Below are positions 12,850 through 25,209 of a stretch of 64,000 nt of DNA, piece by piece. A program made the position numbers and the translations under genes. The notes beneath the pieces were generated by a model. It saw only the letters and a program-made list of their open reading frames with translations. It was not told where the DNA came from and did not search any database. Origin of the DNA: Mobula hypostoma (lineage: Eukaryota). Position 1 is the first letter of the stretch; the number at the start of each line of letters is the position of its first letter. The DNA lies in assembly GCF_963921235.1 (NCBI RefSeq), contig NC_086097.1, forward strand, positions 372,001 to 436,000, given 5' to 3'.

Positions 12850-13810
12850 GAATATATTTAAATCTTACATCCATTCCACAATGTGAGGGAGTAAAAATCT
12901 TTGTGTTATGACTCTGTCGCAATGTACAGACATGTGAATTTAAAAGTCTAATGGCTTGTAGAAAGAAGCCTGTTGGTCCTGGCTTTAATGCTGCGGTAGC
13001 ATTTGCCAGATGGAAGTAGCTGAAACAGTTTATGGTTGGGGTGACCAGTGTCCCCGATGATCTTCCAGGCCTCCTTTCTGCACCTGCTGCTGTAAATGTC
13101 CTCAGTGGAGGGAAATTCATGTGCACAGATGCGCTGGGCTGTCCGTACCACTCTCTGCGTGCCCAGCAATCAAGGTTGGTGCAGTTTCCGTATCAGGCAG
13201 TGATACAGTCAGTCTGTATATCTTAATGGGGCCCCTGTAGAAGGTCCTGAGGATTTGGGAGCCCATGCCGAACCTCTTCAGACGCCTGAAGTGAAAGAGG
13301 CACTGTTGCGCTTTTTTTTGCTACAAAGCCGGTGTGTACAGTCCAGGTGAGATCATCAGTGATGTGCATACCGAGGAACTTGAAACTACTCACCCTCTCA
13401 ACTACAGACCCATTAATGTTGGTCGGGCCCAGCCTGTCTCTGTTCCTCCTGTAATTCACAATCAGCTCTTTTGTTTTTCGGACATTGAGGAAGGTTATTA
13501 TCCTGGCACCACTGTGTTAGGGTGTCAACCTGTCCTCTAGGCTGTCTCATCACCACCAGAAATAAGGCCGATCAAAGTCGTGTCATCTGCGAGTTTGATC
13601 AGCAGATTGGAGCTGTGTCTGGCAGTACAGTCGTGGGTGTAAAAGGAGTAGAGAAGGGTACTCAGAACACAAACCCGGGGGGCACCTCTGTTGAGGATCA
13701 GAGGGACAGAGGTGAGGAAGCCTATCCTTACTACTTGTTGGTGATCTGGATTCAGCTGCACAAGATGGGGTGCAGGCCGTGGTCTCTGAGCTTCCTATCG
13801 AGCCAGGAGG
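12850..13810 (-). mobile_element. Rex1/Babar-like RT fragment
   Basis: ORFs 13537-13761 (YTHDC...KLADDTT), 13223-13459 (VSSFKFLG) and 12803-13126 (FFLQAIRLLN). Confidence 0.85.
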
Positions 13811-15570
13811 GAATTACGGGCTATAACTGGCACACCAATCGTGAGGCGAAGAGCTAGGAGAGAGGAGACGACACACAGGTCCGGGAACGATGTTTAAAAG
13901 GGGAAGGCTTCGCGGGAATTTGGCTATAACTAGAACACAAATCTTGTGTTGAAGAGCAGGGAAGGTTCAGGCATAAAAGGGAAACACTGCCTAGCGGAGC
14001 AGTCATTGATAAAGTGGTCTGAGTCAAAGTGGTAGGGCGTTGGCTTCTTCAGACTTTGGCAAGGTAAGTGCACTACATTTTTTTCCTTGTATTTTTTGAG
14101 GAACAGAGAGTATGTCTGTAGGGTTCGTACTTTGCTCCTGGCGTCAGATGTGGGAATCCTGGGAATCTTCCAGTCTCCCAGATGGCCACATCTGCACCAG
14201 GTGCACTGAGATGCAGCTCCTGAGAGACCGTGTTAGGGATCTGGAGCTGCAGCTTCATGACCTACAGCTTATTAGGGAGAGTGAACAGGAGATAGAGAGG
14301 AGCTACAGGGAATTAGTTACCCCGAGGCTGCAGGAGTTAGACAAGTGAGTGACTGTCAGAGAAGGGAAGGGAAGAGAAGAGCTCAGATAGTAATGAGCAC
14401 CCCTGTGGCCATCCGCCTTGTTTTGGATGCTGTTGAGAGGGATGACCTGACAGAGGATGACCACGGTGATCGGGTCTCTGGCACTGAGCCTGGTTTCGTG
14501 GTGCAGAAGAGAGAAAAGAAGATGAGGAATGTGGTAGTCATAGGGGATTCCATAGTGAGGGGAACAGACAGGAGGTTCTGTGAGTCTGATACAGATACCC
14601 ACATGGTGTGTTGCCTCCCAGGTGCCAGGGTAGGCACAGGATGTCTCGGATTGGGTGCAGAGTATTCTGAAGAGAGAGGGTGAACAGCCAGATGTCTTGG
14701 TACACATTGGGTCCAATAACATAGGTAGAAAAGGGAGGAGGTCCTGAAGAGAGAATTCAGGGAGTTGGGTAGGAAGCTGAAAAGTGGGACCTCCAGGGTA
14801 GTAATTTTAGGATTACTGCCTGCTAACGAGCACAAGAATAGCATGATAAGGCATATTAAGGTGTGGCTGAGAGACTGGTGCAAGGGGCAGGGCTTCAGGT
14901 TCCAGGATCATTGGGGCCTCTTCTGGGGGAAGTGTGACCTGTACAAAAAGCACGGGTTACACCTGAACCTAAAGGGGTCCAATATCCTCGCAGGCAAGTT
15001 TAATAGAACTGTTAGGGAGGGGTTAAACTAATTTGGCAGGGGGATGGGAACTGGAGTGATAGGGCTGAGGAGGGGGAGAAAAGAAATAAATCAAAGATAG
15101 CGTGCAACAGGGATGATTGAAAGGACAGGCAGGAGATGAGGCATAATCACAACCAGTGGGATGATTTACAGAGCAATGGAGGCGTGGTAAAGTTAAAACA
15201 GAGAGCAACAAATACAGACTGTAGGTGTTATATTTGAATGCACGCAGCATGAGAAACAAAATTGAAGATCTTGAAATTCAGTTACAGATTGGCAAGTATG
15301 ATGTTGTGTCCATCTCTGAAATTTGGCTAAAGGATGGCTGACATTGGGAGCTGAACGTCCAAGGATATGTGTATCAGAAAGATAGGTTAATAGGCAGAGT
15401 GGGTGGTGTGGCCCTGTGTATAAGAAATAATATTAAATCATTAGAAAGGGATGATATAGGATCGGAAGATGTGAAGTCTCTATGGGTTAAGAAATGGCAA
15501 GGGTAAAAGGAACCTAATGGCAGTTGTAGGCAGACCTCCAAACAGCAGCTGGGATGTGGATTAGAGATTA
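13810..15570 (+). mobile_element. CR1 5' portion: 5' UTR, ORF1 (Cys finger, coiled coil, SGNH esterase), start of EN
   Basis: ORFs 14112-14348 (CxxxxMWE...HICTRC), 14345-14683 (VIGDSIVRGTD, CLPGA) and 14765-15031 (GLHLN). EN start YLNARS near 15230. Confidence 0.88.
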
Positions 15571-16906
15571 GAAATATATATGGCTATATAACCATGTTTA
15601 ACAATTACAGCACGGAAATAGGCTATCTCGACCCTTCTAGTCCGTGCCAAACTCTTACTCTCACCTAGTCCCACCCACCTGCACTCAGCCCATAACCCTC
15701 CATTCCTTTCCTGTCCATATAGCTGTCCAATTTAACTTTAAACAACAACTTCAAACCTGCCTCAACCACTTCTGCTGGAAGCTCGTTCCACACAGCTACC
15801 ACTCTCTGAGTAAAGAAGTTCCCCCTCATGTTACCCCTAAACTTTTGCCCTTTAACTCTCAACTCATGTCCTCTTGTTTGAATCTGCCACATTCTCAATG
15901 GAAAAAGCCTATCCATGTCAACTCCATCTATGGCCCTCATAATTTTAAATACCTCTATCAAGTCCCCCCTCAACCTTCTATGCTCCAAAGAATAAAGTCC
16001 CAACTTGTTCAACCTTTCTCTGTAACTTCGGAGATGAAACCCAGGCAACATTCTAGTAAATCTCCTCTGTACTCTCTCAATTTTGTTGACATCTTTCCTA
16101 TAATTCGGTGACCAGAACTGTACACAATACTCCAAATTTGGCCTTACCAATGCCTTGTATAATTTCAACATTACATCCCAACTCCAATATTCAATGCTGA
16201 TTTATAAAAGCCAGCATACCAAAAGCTTTCTTCACCACCCTATCCACATGACATTCCACCTTCAGGGAACTATGCACCATTTTTTCCTAGATCCCTCTGT
16301 TCTACTGCATTCTTCAATGCCCTACCATTTACCATGTATATCCTATTTTAAATAGCCCTACCAAAATGTAGCACTTCACATTTATCAGCATTAAACTCCA
16401 TCTGCCATCTTTCAGCCCACTCTTCTAACTGGACTAAATCTCTCTGTAAGCTTTGAAAACCTACTTCATTATCCGCAACTCCCCCTATCTTAGTATCATC
16501 TGCATACTACTAATCCAATTTACCACCCCATCATCCAGATCATTAATATATATGACAAACAACATTGGACCCAGTACATATCCCTGAGGCACACCACTAG
16601 TCACTGGCCTCCAATCTGACAAACAGTTATCCACCACTACTCTCTGGCGTCTCCCATCCAGCCACTGCTGAATCTATTTTACTACTTCAATATTAATACC
16701 TAACGATTGAACCTTCCTAACTAACCTCCCATGTGGAAACCTGTCAAAGGCCTTACTGAAGTCCATATAGACAACATCCACTACTTTACCCTCGTCAACT
16801 TTCCTAGTAACCTCTTCAAAAAATTCAATAAGATTTGTCAAACATGACCTTCCATGCACAAATCCATGTTGACTGTTCCTCATCAGACCCTGTCTATCCA
16901 GATAAT

Positions 16907-16949
<43 letters not shown>

Positions 16950-16964
16950 ATATATGTATGTATA
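16907..16964. repeat. Compound (TA)n/(TG)n/(TATG)n microsatellite inside the CR1 RT region
   Basis: Read directly from the sequence. Confidence 0.95.
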
Positions 16965-18344
16965 CCATCTCTAAGAATACTTTCCATCAATTCACCCACC
17001 AGTGACATCAAACTCACAGGCCGATAATTGCTAGGTTTACTCTTAGAACCCTTTTTAAATAATGGAACAACATGAGCAATACGCCAGTCATCCCCATTTC
17101 TAATGACATTTGAAATATTTTTGTCAGAGCCCCTGCTATTTCCACACTAACTTCCTTCAAGGTCCAAGGGAATATCCTGTCAGGACCCGGAAACTTATCC
17201 ACTTTTATATTCCTTAAAAACGCCAGTAGTTCCTCTTCTTTAATCATCATAGTTTCCATAACTACCCTACTTGTTTCCCTTACCTTACACAATTCCATAT
17301 CCTTCTCCTTAGTGAATACCGAAGAAAAAATTGTTCAAAATCTCCCCCATCTCTTTTGGCTCCACGCATAGCCGTCCACTCTGATTCTCAAAGGGACCAA
17401 TTTTATCCCTCACTATCCTTTTGCTAGTAATATAACTGTGGAAACCCTTTGGATTTATTTTCACCTTATTTGCCAAAGCAACCTCATATCTTCTTTCAGC
17501 TTTTCTAATTTCTTTCTTAAGATTCTTTTTACATCCTTTACATTCCTCAAGCACCTCATTTACTCCATGCTGCCTATATTTATTGTAGATCACTCTCTTT
17601 TTCTGAATCAAGTTTCCAATGTCCCTTGAAAAACATCCCTCAAACTTTTAACCTTTCCTTTCAACCTAACAAGAACGTAAAGATTCTGTACCCTCAAAAT
17701 TTCACCTTTAAATGACCTGCATTTCTCTATTACATCCTTCCCATAAAACAAATTATCCCAATCCACTCCTTCTAAATCCTTTCGTATCTCCTCAAAGTTA
17801 TCCTTTCTCCAATCAAAAACCTCAACCCTGGGTCCAGTACTATCCTTCTCCATAATTATATTGAAACTAATGGCATTGTGATTACTGGACCCAAAGTGCT
17901 CCCCAACACTTACCTCTGTCACCTGACCTATCTCATTCCCTCGCAGGAGATCCAACACTGCCCCTTCTCTAGTTGGTACCTCTATGTATTGCTGCAAAAA
18001 AATATCTTGTACACATTTTACAAACTCCAAACCATCCAGCCCTTTTACAGAATGGGCTTCCCTGTCTATGTGTGGAAAATTAAAATCTCTCACAATCACA
18101 ACCTTGTGCTTACTACAAATATCTGCTATCTCCTTACAGATTTGCTCCTCCAATTCTCGCTCCCCATTAGGTGGTCTATAATACACCCCTATAAGCGTTA
18201 CTACACCTTTCCCATTCCTCAATTCCACCCAAATAGCCTCCCTGGACGAGTCCTCTAATCCAGGGGTCCCCAACCTTTTTGCACCACAGACCAGTTTAAT
18301 ATTGACAGTATTCTTGTAGACCGGCCGACCGGGTGGTGTTCAAG

Positions 18345-19144
18345 TAGGGTTAAACTCACATCAACATGTCTTTTACAGCTAGGGTTGCCAACTTTCTCAC
18401 TCCCAAATAAGGGACAAAAGTAGCAGTCAATTCCTGACGAAGGGTCCCGGCCCGAAACATCGACTGTACCTCTTCCTATAGATGCTCCCTGACCTCCTGC
18501 GTTCACCAGCATTTTTTGTGTGTGTTATGGTCATAGTCATAGTCATACTTTATTAATCCCGGGGGAAATTGGTTTTCGTTACAGCTGCTCCATAAATAAT
18601 AACTAGTAATAGAACCATAAATAGTTAAATAGTAATATGTAAATTATGCCAGTTGACGAGACTCTTATGTTTACCCCGAGAAAAAGTACCATGACCATGA
18701 AGCCTTGTGCGGGCACCTGTGTGCATGTGCGTGACGTTCGCATGTGTGACGTGTGCATGCGCGTATGTACCGATTTTTTTTCCCACAAATTGTTTTTGGC
18801 TTAATCTTCCCGACTACACTGTACATTCATTATTTCAACTTTATATAGGCTGTGTATTTATCATATCATTAATGCTTTTACTACATGTTAGTTATTTTAG
18901 GTTTTATGTGTTATTTGGTATGATTTGGTAGGTTATTTTATGGGTCTGGGAACGCTCAAAATTTTTTCCCATATAAATTAATGGTAATTGCTTCTTCGCT
19001 TTGAGCCATATCGGCACGAAAGGTTTCATAGGAACGCTCTACCTTAGTGGGGGAAATACACGACAAGGGCAGTCCCGTATGGGACAAACCAATTTAGCCC
19101 TGTATACGGGATGACCGGCAAATACAGGACTGTTAGCAACCCTA
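18345..19144. mobile_element. Non-autonomous hAT DNA transposon (inner)
   Basis: Ends tagggtt / aacccta. 8-bp TSD tgttcaag at 18337-18344 and 19145-19152. A longer TIR copy tagggttgccaac at 18380 matches gttagcaacccta. Confidence 0.85.
18432..18466 (+). ncRNA. Hammerhead motif at the 5' edge of a ~95-bp Penelope fragment
   Basis: tc-CTGACGA-agggtcccggccc-GAAA-catc-gactg. Stem I is mostly lost by truncation. Confidence 0.6.
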
Positions 19145-19954
19145 TGTTCAAGTTCAACAGTACGTGGCAGGCAATGAGGAAAGGTGCAGCTGACTCATAT
19201 CGTTTCCTCGCGGCCCGGAAGCACATGCTTTGCGGCCCCGTACCGGTCTGTGGCTCAGTGTTTGGGGACCGCTGCTCTAATCTATCCTGGCAGAGCACCG
19301 CTGTAATATTTTCTCTGACAAGCAATGCAACACCTCCCCCTCTTGCCCCTCCGATTCTATCACACCTGAAGCAACGAAATCCAGGAGTATTTAGTTGCCA
19401 ATCACACCCGTCCTGCAACCATGTTTCACTAATAGCTACATCATATTTCCAGGTATCAATCCATGCTCTAAGCTCATCCACCTTTCTTACAATGCTCCTA
19501 GCATTAAAATAGATGCATTGAAGAAGCTCTCCACCTCTTACTCTCTGTTTATCCCTAATGGTGCAAGCAACTTTGTGATCTTTTTCTTCCTTCTCCCCTA
19601 CATCTTTGGTCTGAGTGCTCCCGTTCTCTGTCTCCTGCCTATCCTCCCTCATACACTGTCTACTAGCTTTCTCTATTTGTGAACTAACCTCCTCTCTCCT
19701 TGGCCCTTCAATTTGATTCCCACCCCCCAACCATTCTAGTTTAAAGTCTCCCCAGTAGCCTTCGCAAATCTTCCCGCCAGGATATTGGTCCCCCTGGGAT
19801 TCAAGTGCAACCCTTCCTTTTTGTACAGGTCCAAAAGAGGCCCCAATGATCCAGAAACTTGAATCCCTGCCCCCTGCTCCAATCCCTCAGCCACACGTTT
19901 ATCCTCCACCTCATTCCATTCCGACTCTCACTGTCACATGGCACAGGCAGTAAT

Positions 19955-20635
19955 AGTCATAGTCATACTTTATTGATCCTGGGGGAAATTGGTTTTCGTT
20001 ACAGTTGCACCATAAATGAAAAATAGTAATAAAATCATAAATAGTTAAATAGTAATATGTAAATTATGCCAGTAAATTATGAAATAAGTCCAGGACCAGC
20101 CTATTGGCTCGGGGTGTCTGACCCTCCAAGGGAGGAGTTGTAAAGTTTGATGGCCACAGGCAGGAATGACTTCCTATGACGCTCTGTGCTGCATCTCGGT
20201 GGAATGAGTCTCTGGCTGAATGTACTCCTGTGCCCACCCAGTATGTTATGCAGTGGATGAGAGACATTGTCCAAGATGGCATGCAACTTAGACAGCATCC
20301 TCTTTTCAGACACCACCGTGAGAGTGTCCAGTTCCATCTCCACAACATCACTAGCCTTATGAATGAGTTTGTTGATTCTGTTGGTGTCTGCTACCCTCAG
20401 CCTGCTGCCCCAGCACACCACAGCAAACATGATAGCACTGGCCACCACAGACTCGTAGAACATCCTCGGCATCGTCCGGCAGATGTTAAAGGACCTCAGT
20501 CTCCTCAGGAAATAGAGACTGCTCTGACCCTTCTTGTAGACAGCCTCAGTGTTCTTTGACCAGTCCAGTTTATTGTCAATTCGTATCCCCAGGTATTTGT
20601 AATCCTCCACCATGTCCACACTGACCCTTTGGATT
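19955..20635 (-). mobile_element. Rex1/Babar-like 3' end, (TATGAC)n tail family
   Basis: RT C-terminus (YKYLG...LYFLRRLRSF). TSD agtaat at 19949-19954 and 20636-20641. Confidence 0.9.
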
Positions 20636-20999
20636 AGTAATCCCGAGATTACTACCTTTGCTGTCCTTTTTCTCAACTCCCTATATTCTCCTTTCATGAC
20701 CTCTTCCCTTTTCCTCCCTATGTCATTGGTACCTATATGTACCGCAACCTCTGGCTCCTCACCCTCCCACTTCAGGATATCTTGGACGCAATCAGAAACA
20801 TCCCGGACCCTGGCACCAGGGAAGCAAACTACCATCCATGTCTCCTGACTGCGTCCACAGAATCGCCTATCTGACCCCCTAACTATCGAGTCCCTATTAT
20901 TATGGTTATATGTTATATGTTCCTTTCTGAGGAGTGGGGTACCACCCCACTAACTGAAAGGAACCATCATCATCCTATGGGATCGATAGCCAAAGAGAG

Positions 21000-22040
21000 A
21001 GATGGCTTTGTTGCCAAGTTTGCACATGATACGAAGATTGGTGGGGGGTAAGAAGTGTTGAGGAAACAGGTAGACTGCCGAAGGACTTAGACAGATTAAG
21101 AGAATGGGCAAAAGAGTGGCAAATGAAATACAGTGTTGGAAAATGCACTTTGGTAGGAGAAGTAAATGTGCAGACTATTTTCTAAACGGAGAGAAAAGCC
21201 AAAAATCTGAGATGCAAAAGGACTTCGGAGTCCTTGTGCAGAACACCCTAAAGGTTAACTTGCAGGTAGAGTCTGGTGTGAGGAAGGCAAATGTAAAGTT
21301 AGCATTCATTTCAAGAGGTCTAATATTCAAGAGCAGCGATGTGATGCTGAGGCTTTATAAGGCACAGGTGAGGCCTCACCTTGAGTATCGTGAACAGTTT
21401 TGGGCTCATCATAGAAAAGATGTGTTGGCATTGGAGAGGGTTCAGAGGAGGCTTACAAGGATGATTCCAGGAATGAAAGGGTTATATGAGGAACATTTGA
21501 TAGCTCTTGGTCTGTACTTGCCGGAATTTAGAAGAATGAAGGGGGAATGGAATCTCGTTGAAACCTTTCGAATATTGAAATGCCTAAACAGAGTAGATGT
21601 GGAAAGGATGTTTCCCATGGCGGGGGAGTCTCGGACAGGAAGGCACAACCTCGGGATGGAGGGGTGTCCATTTCAAACAGAGATGTGGAGAAATTTCTTT
21701 AGGCAGAGGGCAGTGACTTTATGCAATTTATTTCCACAGGCAGCTATGGGGGCCAGGTCATTGGGTGTATATAAGGCAGAGTTTGATAGGTTCTTGATTG
21801 GTCATGGCATCAAAAGTTATGAGAAGGCCAGGGAAAGGGGCTGAGGAGGAGAAAAAAGAGTCAGCCATGATTGAATGGTGGAGAAGACTTCATGGGGTAA
21901 ATGGCCTAATTCTGCTCCTATGTCTTTTGGTCTTGTGGTCTTACGGAGATTGGAGCTGAGGGGGAAAAGTGGATCAGCCATGATGAAATGGTGGAGCAGG
22001 CTCTGGGCCAAGCGGCCTAATTTGCTCCTATTCGCTTACG
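21000..22040 (+). mobile_element. CR1 3' fragment followed by a second 3' UTR copy
   Basis: ORF 21104-21844. Two successive cagccatga...ggcctaat...gctccta 3' ends. Confidence 0.85.
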
Positions 22041-22117
22041 GTCGAACTTAGTGTTGCACTGGAATAAAGAATGCGGCTCTGCTTCTGTTGATAGAATTTT
22101 GTTTTCTGTATTTACAG

Positions 22118-22269
22118 AATGGCACAGGGGATGCGAATGATTTCTGGAGAATTGAGGTGATTGGGGGACAGAATGGGGACCTGATTAAAGTCCTCAGGAG
22201 TAAAATTCGATTAATCCACGTGGCGACTGGCTGTGTTCTGTACTCTTCTGGGAAGTCATTGCCCAAGTG
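22118..22269 (+). CDS. POMT2: POMT2 internal exon, 152 bp
   Basis: tttacag|AAT...AAGTG|gtgagt. Encodes [50 protein letters not shown](W). Confidence 0.97.
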
Positions 22270-25173
22270 GTGAGTTTATTATTGGCTGATTAAAATAAGA
22301 GATTCAGCCCACTGGCTGATATCTGAAAAACATATGTGGGTGATGCTTGATATACGCACACTCACGAAGAAAAGCTGCTTGCTATACCTTTCAGAAAAGA
22401 TTGAAGGAGCAATCGTCCATTTTCCTATTTTAATTTTGGTTGTTTGAGTTCGATCACAATGAAGCCATAGAAGCCTTTGAACCCAATTTCCAATTAGTTC
22501 TTCAGTGGGAAAATGTTGTTATTCCTGCACCTAACCCGTCTTCACAGATATTAGAACAGTACAAGTGTTGTGCCGACCCATAAACCCTGCCTCCCATATA
22601 ACCCCCCACCTTAAATTCCTCCATGTACCTGTCTGGTAGTCTCTTAAACTTCACTAGTGTATCTGCCTCCACCACTGACTCAGGCAGTGCATTCCACGCA
22701 ACAACCACTCTCTTGAGTAAAACACTTCCTCTAATATCCCCCTTGAACTTCCCACCCGTTACCTTAAAGCCATGTCCTCTTGTAATAAGCAGTGGTGCCC
22801 TGGGGAAGAGGGGCTGGCTATCCACTCTTATCTATTCCTCTTATTATCTTGTACACCTCTATCATGTCTCCTCTCATCCTCCTTCTCTCCAAGGAGTAAA
22901 GCCCTAGCTCCCTTAATCTCTGATCATAATGCATACTCTCTAAACCAGGCAGCATCCTGGTAAATCTCCTCTGTACCCTTTCCAATACTTCCACATCCTT
23001 CCTATAGTGAGGCGACCAGAACTGGACACAGTACTCCAAGTGTGGCCTAACCAGAGTTTTATAGAGCTGCATCGTTACATCGCGACTCTTAAACTCTATC
23101 CCTCGACTTATGAAAGCTAACAACCCATAAGCTTTCTTAACTACCCTATCCACCTGTCAGGCAACTTTCAGGGATCTGTGGACATGTACTCCGAGATCCC
23201 TCTGCTCCTCCACATGACCAAGTATCCTGCCATTTACTTTGTACTCTGCCTTGGAGTTTGTCCTTCTAAAGTGTACCACCTCACACTTCTCCAGGTTGAA
23301 TCTATCTACCACTTCTCAGCCCACTTCTGCATCCTATCAATGTCTCTATGCAATCTTTGACAATCCTCTACACTATCCACAACACCAGCAACCTTTGTGT
23401 CATTTGCAAACTTGCCAACCCACCCTTCTACCCCCACATCCAGGTCGTTAATAAAAATCATGAAAAGTCGAGGTCCCAGAACAGATCCTTGTGGGACACC
23501 ACTAGTCACAACCCTCCAATCTGAATGTATTCCCTCCACCACGACCCTCGCCTTCTGCAGGCAAGCCAATTCTGAATCCACCTGGCCAAGCTTCCCTGGA
23601 TCCCATGCCTTCTGACTTTCTGAATAAGCCTACTGTGTGGAACCTTGTCAAATGCCTTACTAAAATCCATATAGATCACATCCACTGCACTACCCTCATC
23701 TGTATGCCTGGTCACCTCCTCAAAAAACTCTATCAGGGTTGTTAGACATGATCTGCCCTTCACAAAGCCATGCTGACTGTCCCTGATCAGACTATGGTTC
23801 TCTAAATGCCCATAGATCCTATCTCTAAGAATCTTTTCCAACAGCTTTCCCACCACAGACGTAAGGCTCACTGGTCTATAATTACCCGGACTATCCCTAC
23901 TACCTTTTTTGAACAAGGGGACAACATTCGCCTCCCTCCAATCCAACGGTACCATTCCCATGCACCACGAGGACATAAAGATCCTAGCCAGAGGCTCAGC
24001 AATGTCTTCCCTCGCCTCGTGGAGCAGCCTGGGGAATATTCCATCAGGCCCAGGGGACTTACCCGTCCTAATGTATTTTAACAACTCCAACACCTCCTCT
24101 CCCTTAATATATTTTTTTTAATTTTATTTTTATTTGGATAAGGAATTCACAAATATGTACTTTTTTCACACATATAACCTTTTCCATTTTTTTATATGTA
24201 TAAAACTATAATTATTTATACATTCTTAAGTATACATACAAAAGAAAATTAGACACTTAAATAGATAATTATGTACTGTGGTAATTCTAATCTATTAGGC
24301 TAAGTAATGGTATTAGTTGTTAAGAAAAATGGTAATAATAGTTTCCATATTACTCTCCTGGACCATTTCCACTGGTCCAAAATGTTGTATGTAAGCCTAT
24401 GTAACAACCATTGTAGGTGTTTATATCCTAATTTGTTCATGCTTGCTCCTGCCCGCAGACATAATTATCCAATCCCTATGTACTTATTTACTTAATTTTT
24501 CCATTTTTTATCCCTTTCCCAAATCTTTCCCTTTACTTGTGTTAATTCTCTATTTTCCAAAAGAAAACAAAAAAAAAGACATTTAGACTAGGGGTGCTTA
24601 CGTTAGCAATATGACTGTGTTGATGAGAAGAGCAGTATAAATCATTAGGAGAGTCATCTGAAGTCTGCTCGCATTGGGGTTATATATTCAATCCATTTAT
24701 TCCAGATTTGATAAAATTTTTCTTTTTGAATTCTCAGGGAGTAAGTCAACTTTTCCATTTTAAATATTTCCAAGATAATTTCGTGCCAATCTTCTAATGT
24801 AGATGGTATTGGATTTAGCCACTTTCTAGTGACTGATTTCTTACTTGCCGCTAAGAGGGCCTGCAGCAACTTTATATCTTCCTTCTGTTCAAGAAACAAT
24901 ACATGCCCCAAATAGAGCGTCTCAAAGTTCAGAGGTATCTGGGACCTAAGTACCTTAACTAATGTTCTAGGAATACCTTCCCAATATAGACTTAATTTAG
25001 GGCAATCCCAGAAAATATGAAAATGATTTGCCTCCTTGGAGCCACACCTTCTCCAACGCATCACGTTTGTATCTTAAACAACAGGAATTCTGCAGATGCT
25101 GGAAATTCAAGCAACATACATCAAAGTTGCTGGTGAATGCAGCAGGCCAAGCAGCATCTATAGGAAGAGGTGC

Positions 25174-25209
25174 AGTCGACGTTTCAGGCCGAGACCCTTC
25201 GTCAAGACT
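25174..25209 (-). ncRNA. Minimal hammerhead ribozyme motif (C3U variant)
   Basis: Minus strand reads agtc-TTGACGA-agggtctcggcct-GAAA-cgtc-gact. Confidence 0.75.

Larger units (their letters stand above)
18261..19274. mobile_element. Non-autonomous hAT DNA transposon (outer)
   Basis: TIRs caggggtccccaa / ttggggaccgctg. 8-bp TSD ctctaatc at 18253-18260 and 19275-19282. Removing it restores the CR1 EN frame (LCQDRLE|DSSR). Confidence 0.92.
15590..20897 (-). mobile_element. Near-complete CR1 (5'-truncated in ORF1) with nested insertions
   Basis: Minus-strand ORFs for RT (15665-17298), linker, EN (17608-18273, 19044-19730) and esterase (about 20640-20897). Confidence 0.9.

Noticed and set aside
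20101..20835. Apparent novel esterase-RT fusion protein (244 aa)
   Set aside because: It is a chance in-frame junction of CR1 ORF1 with a Rex insertion, marked by TSD agtaat.
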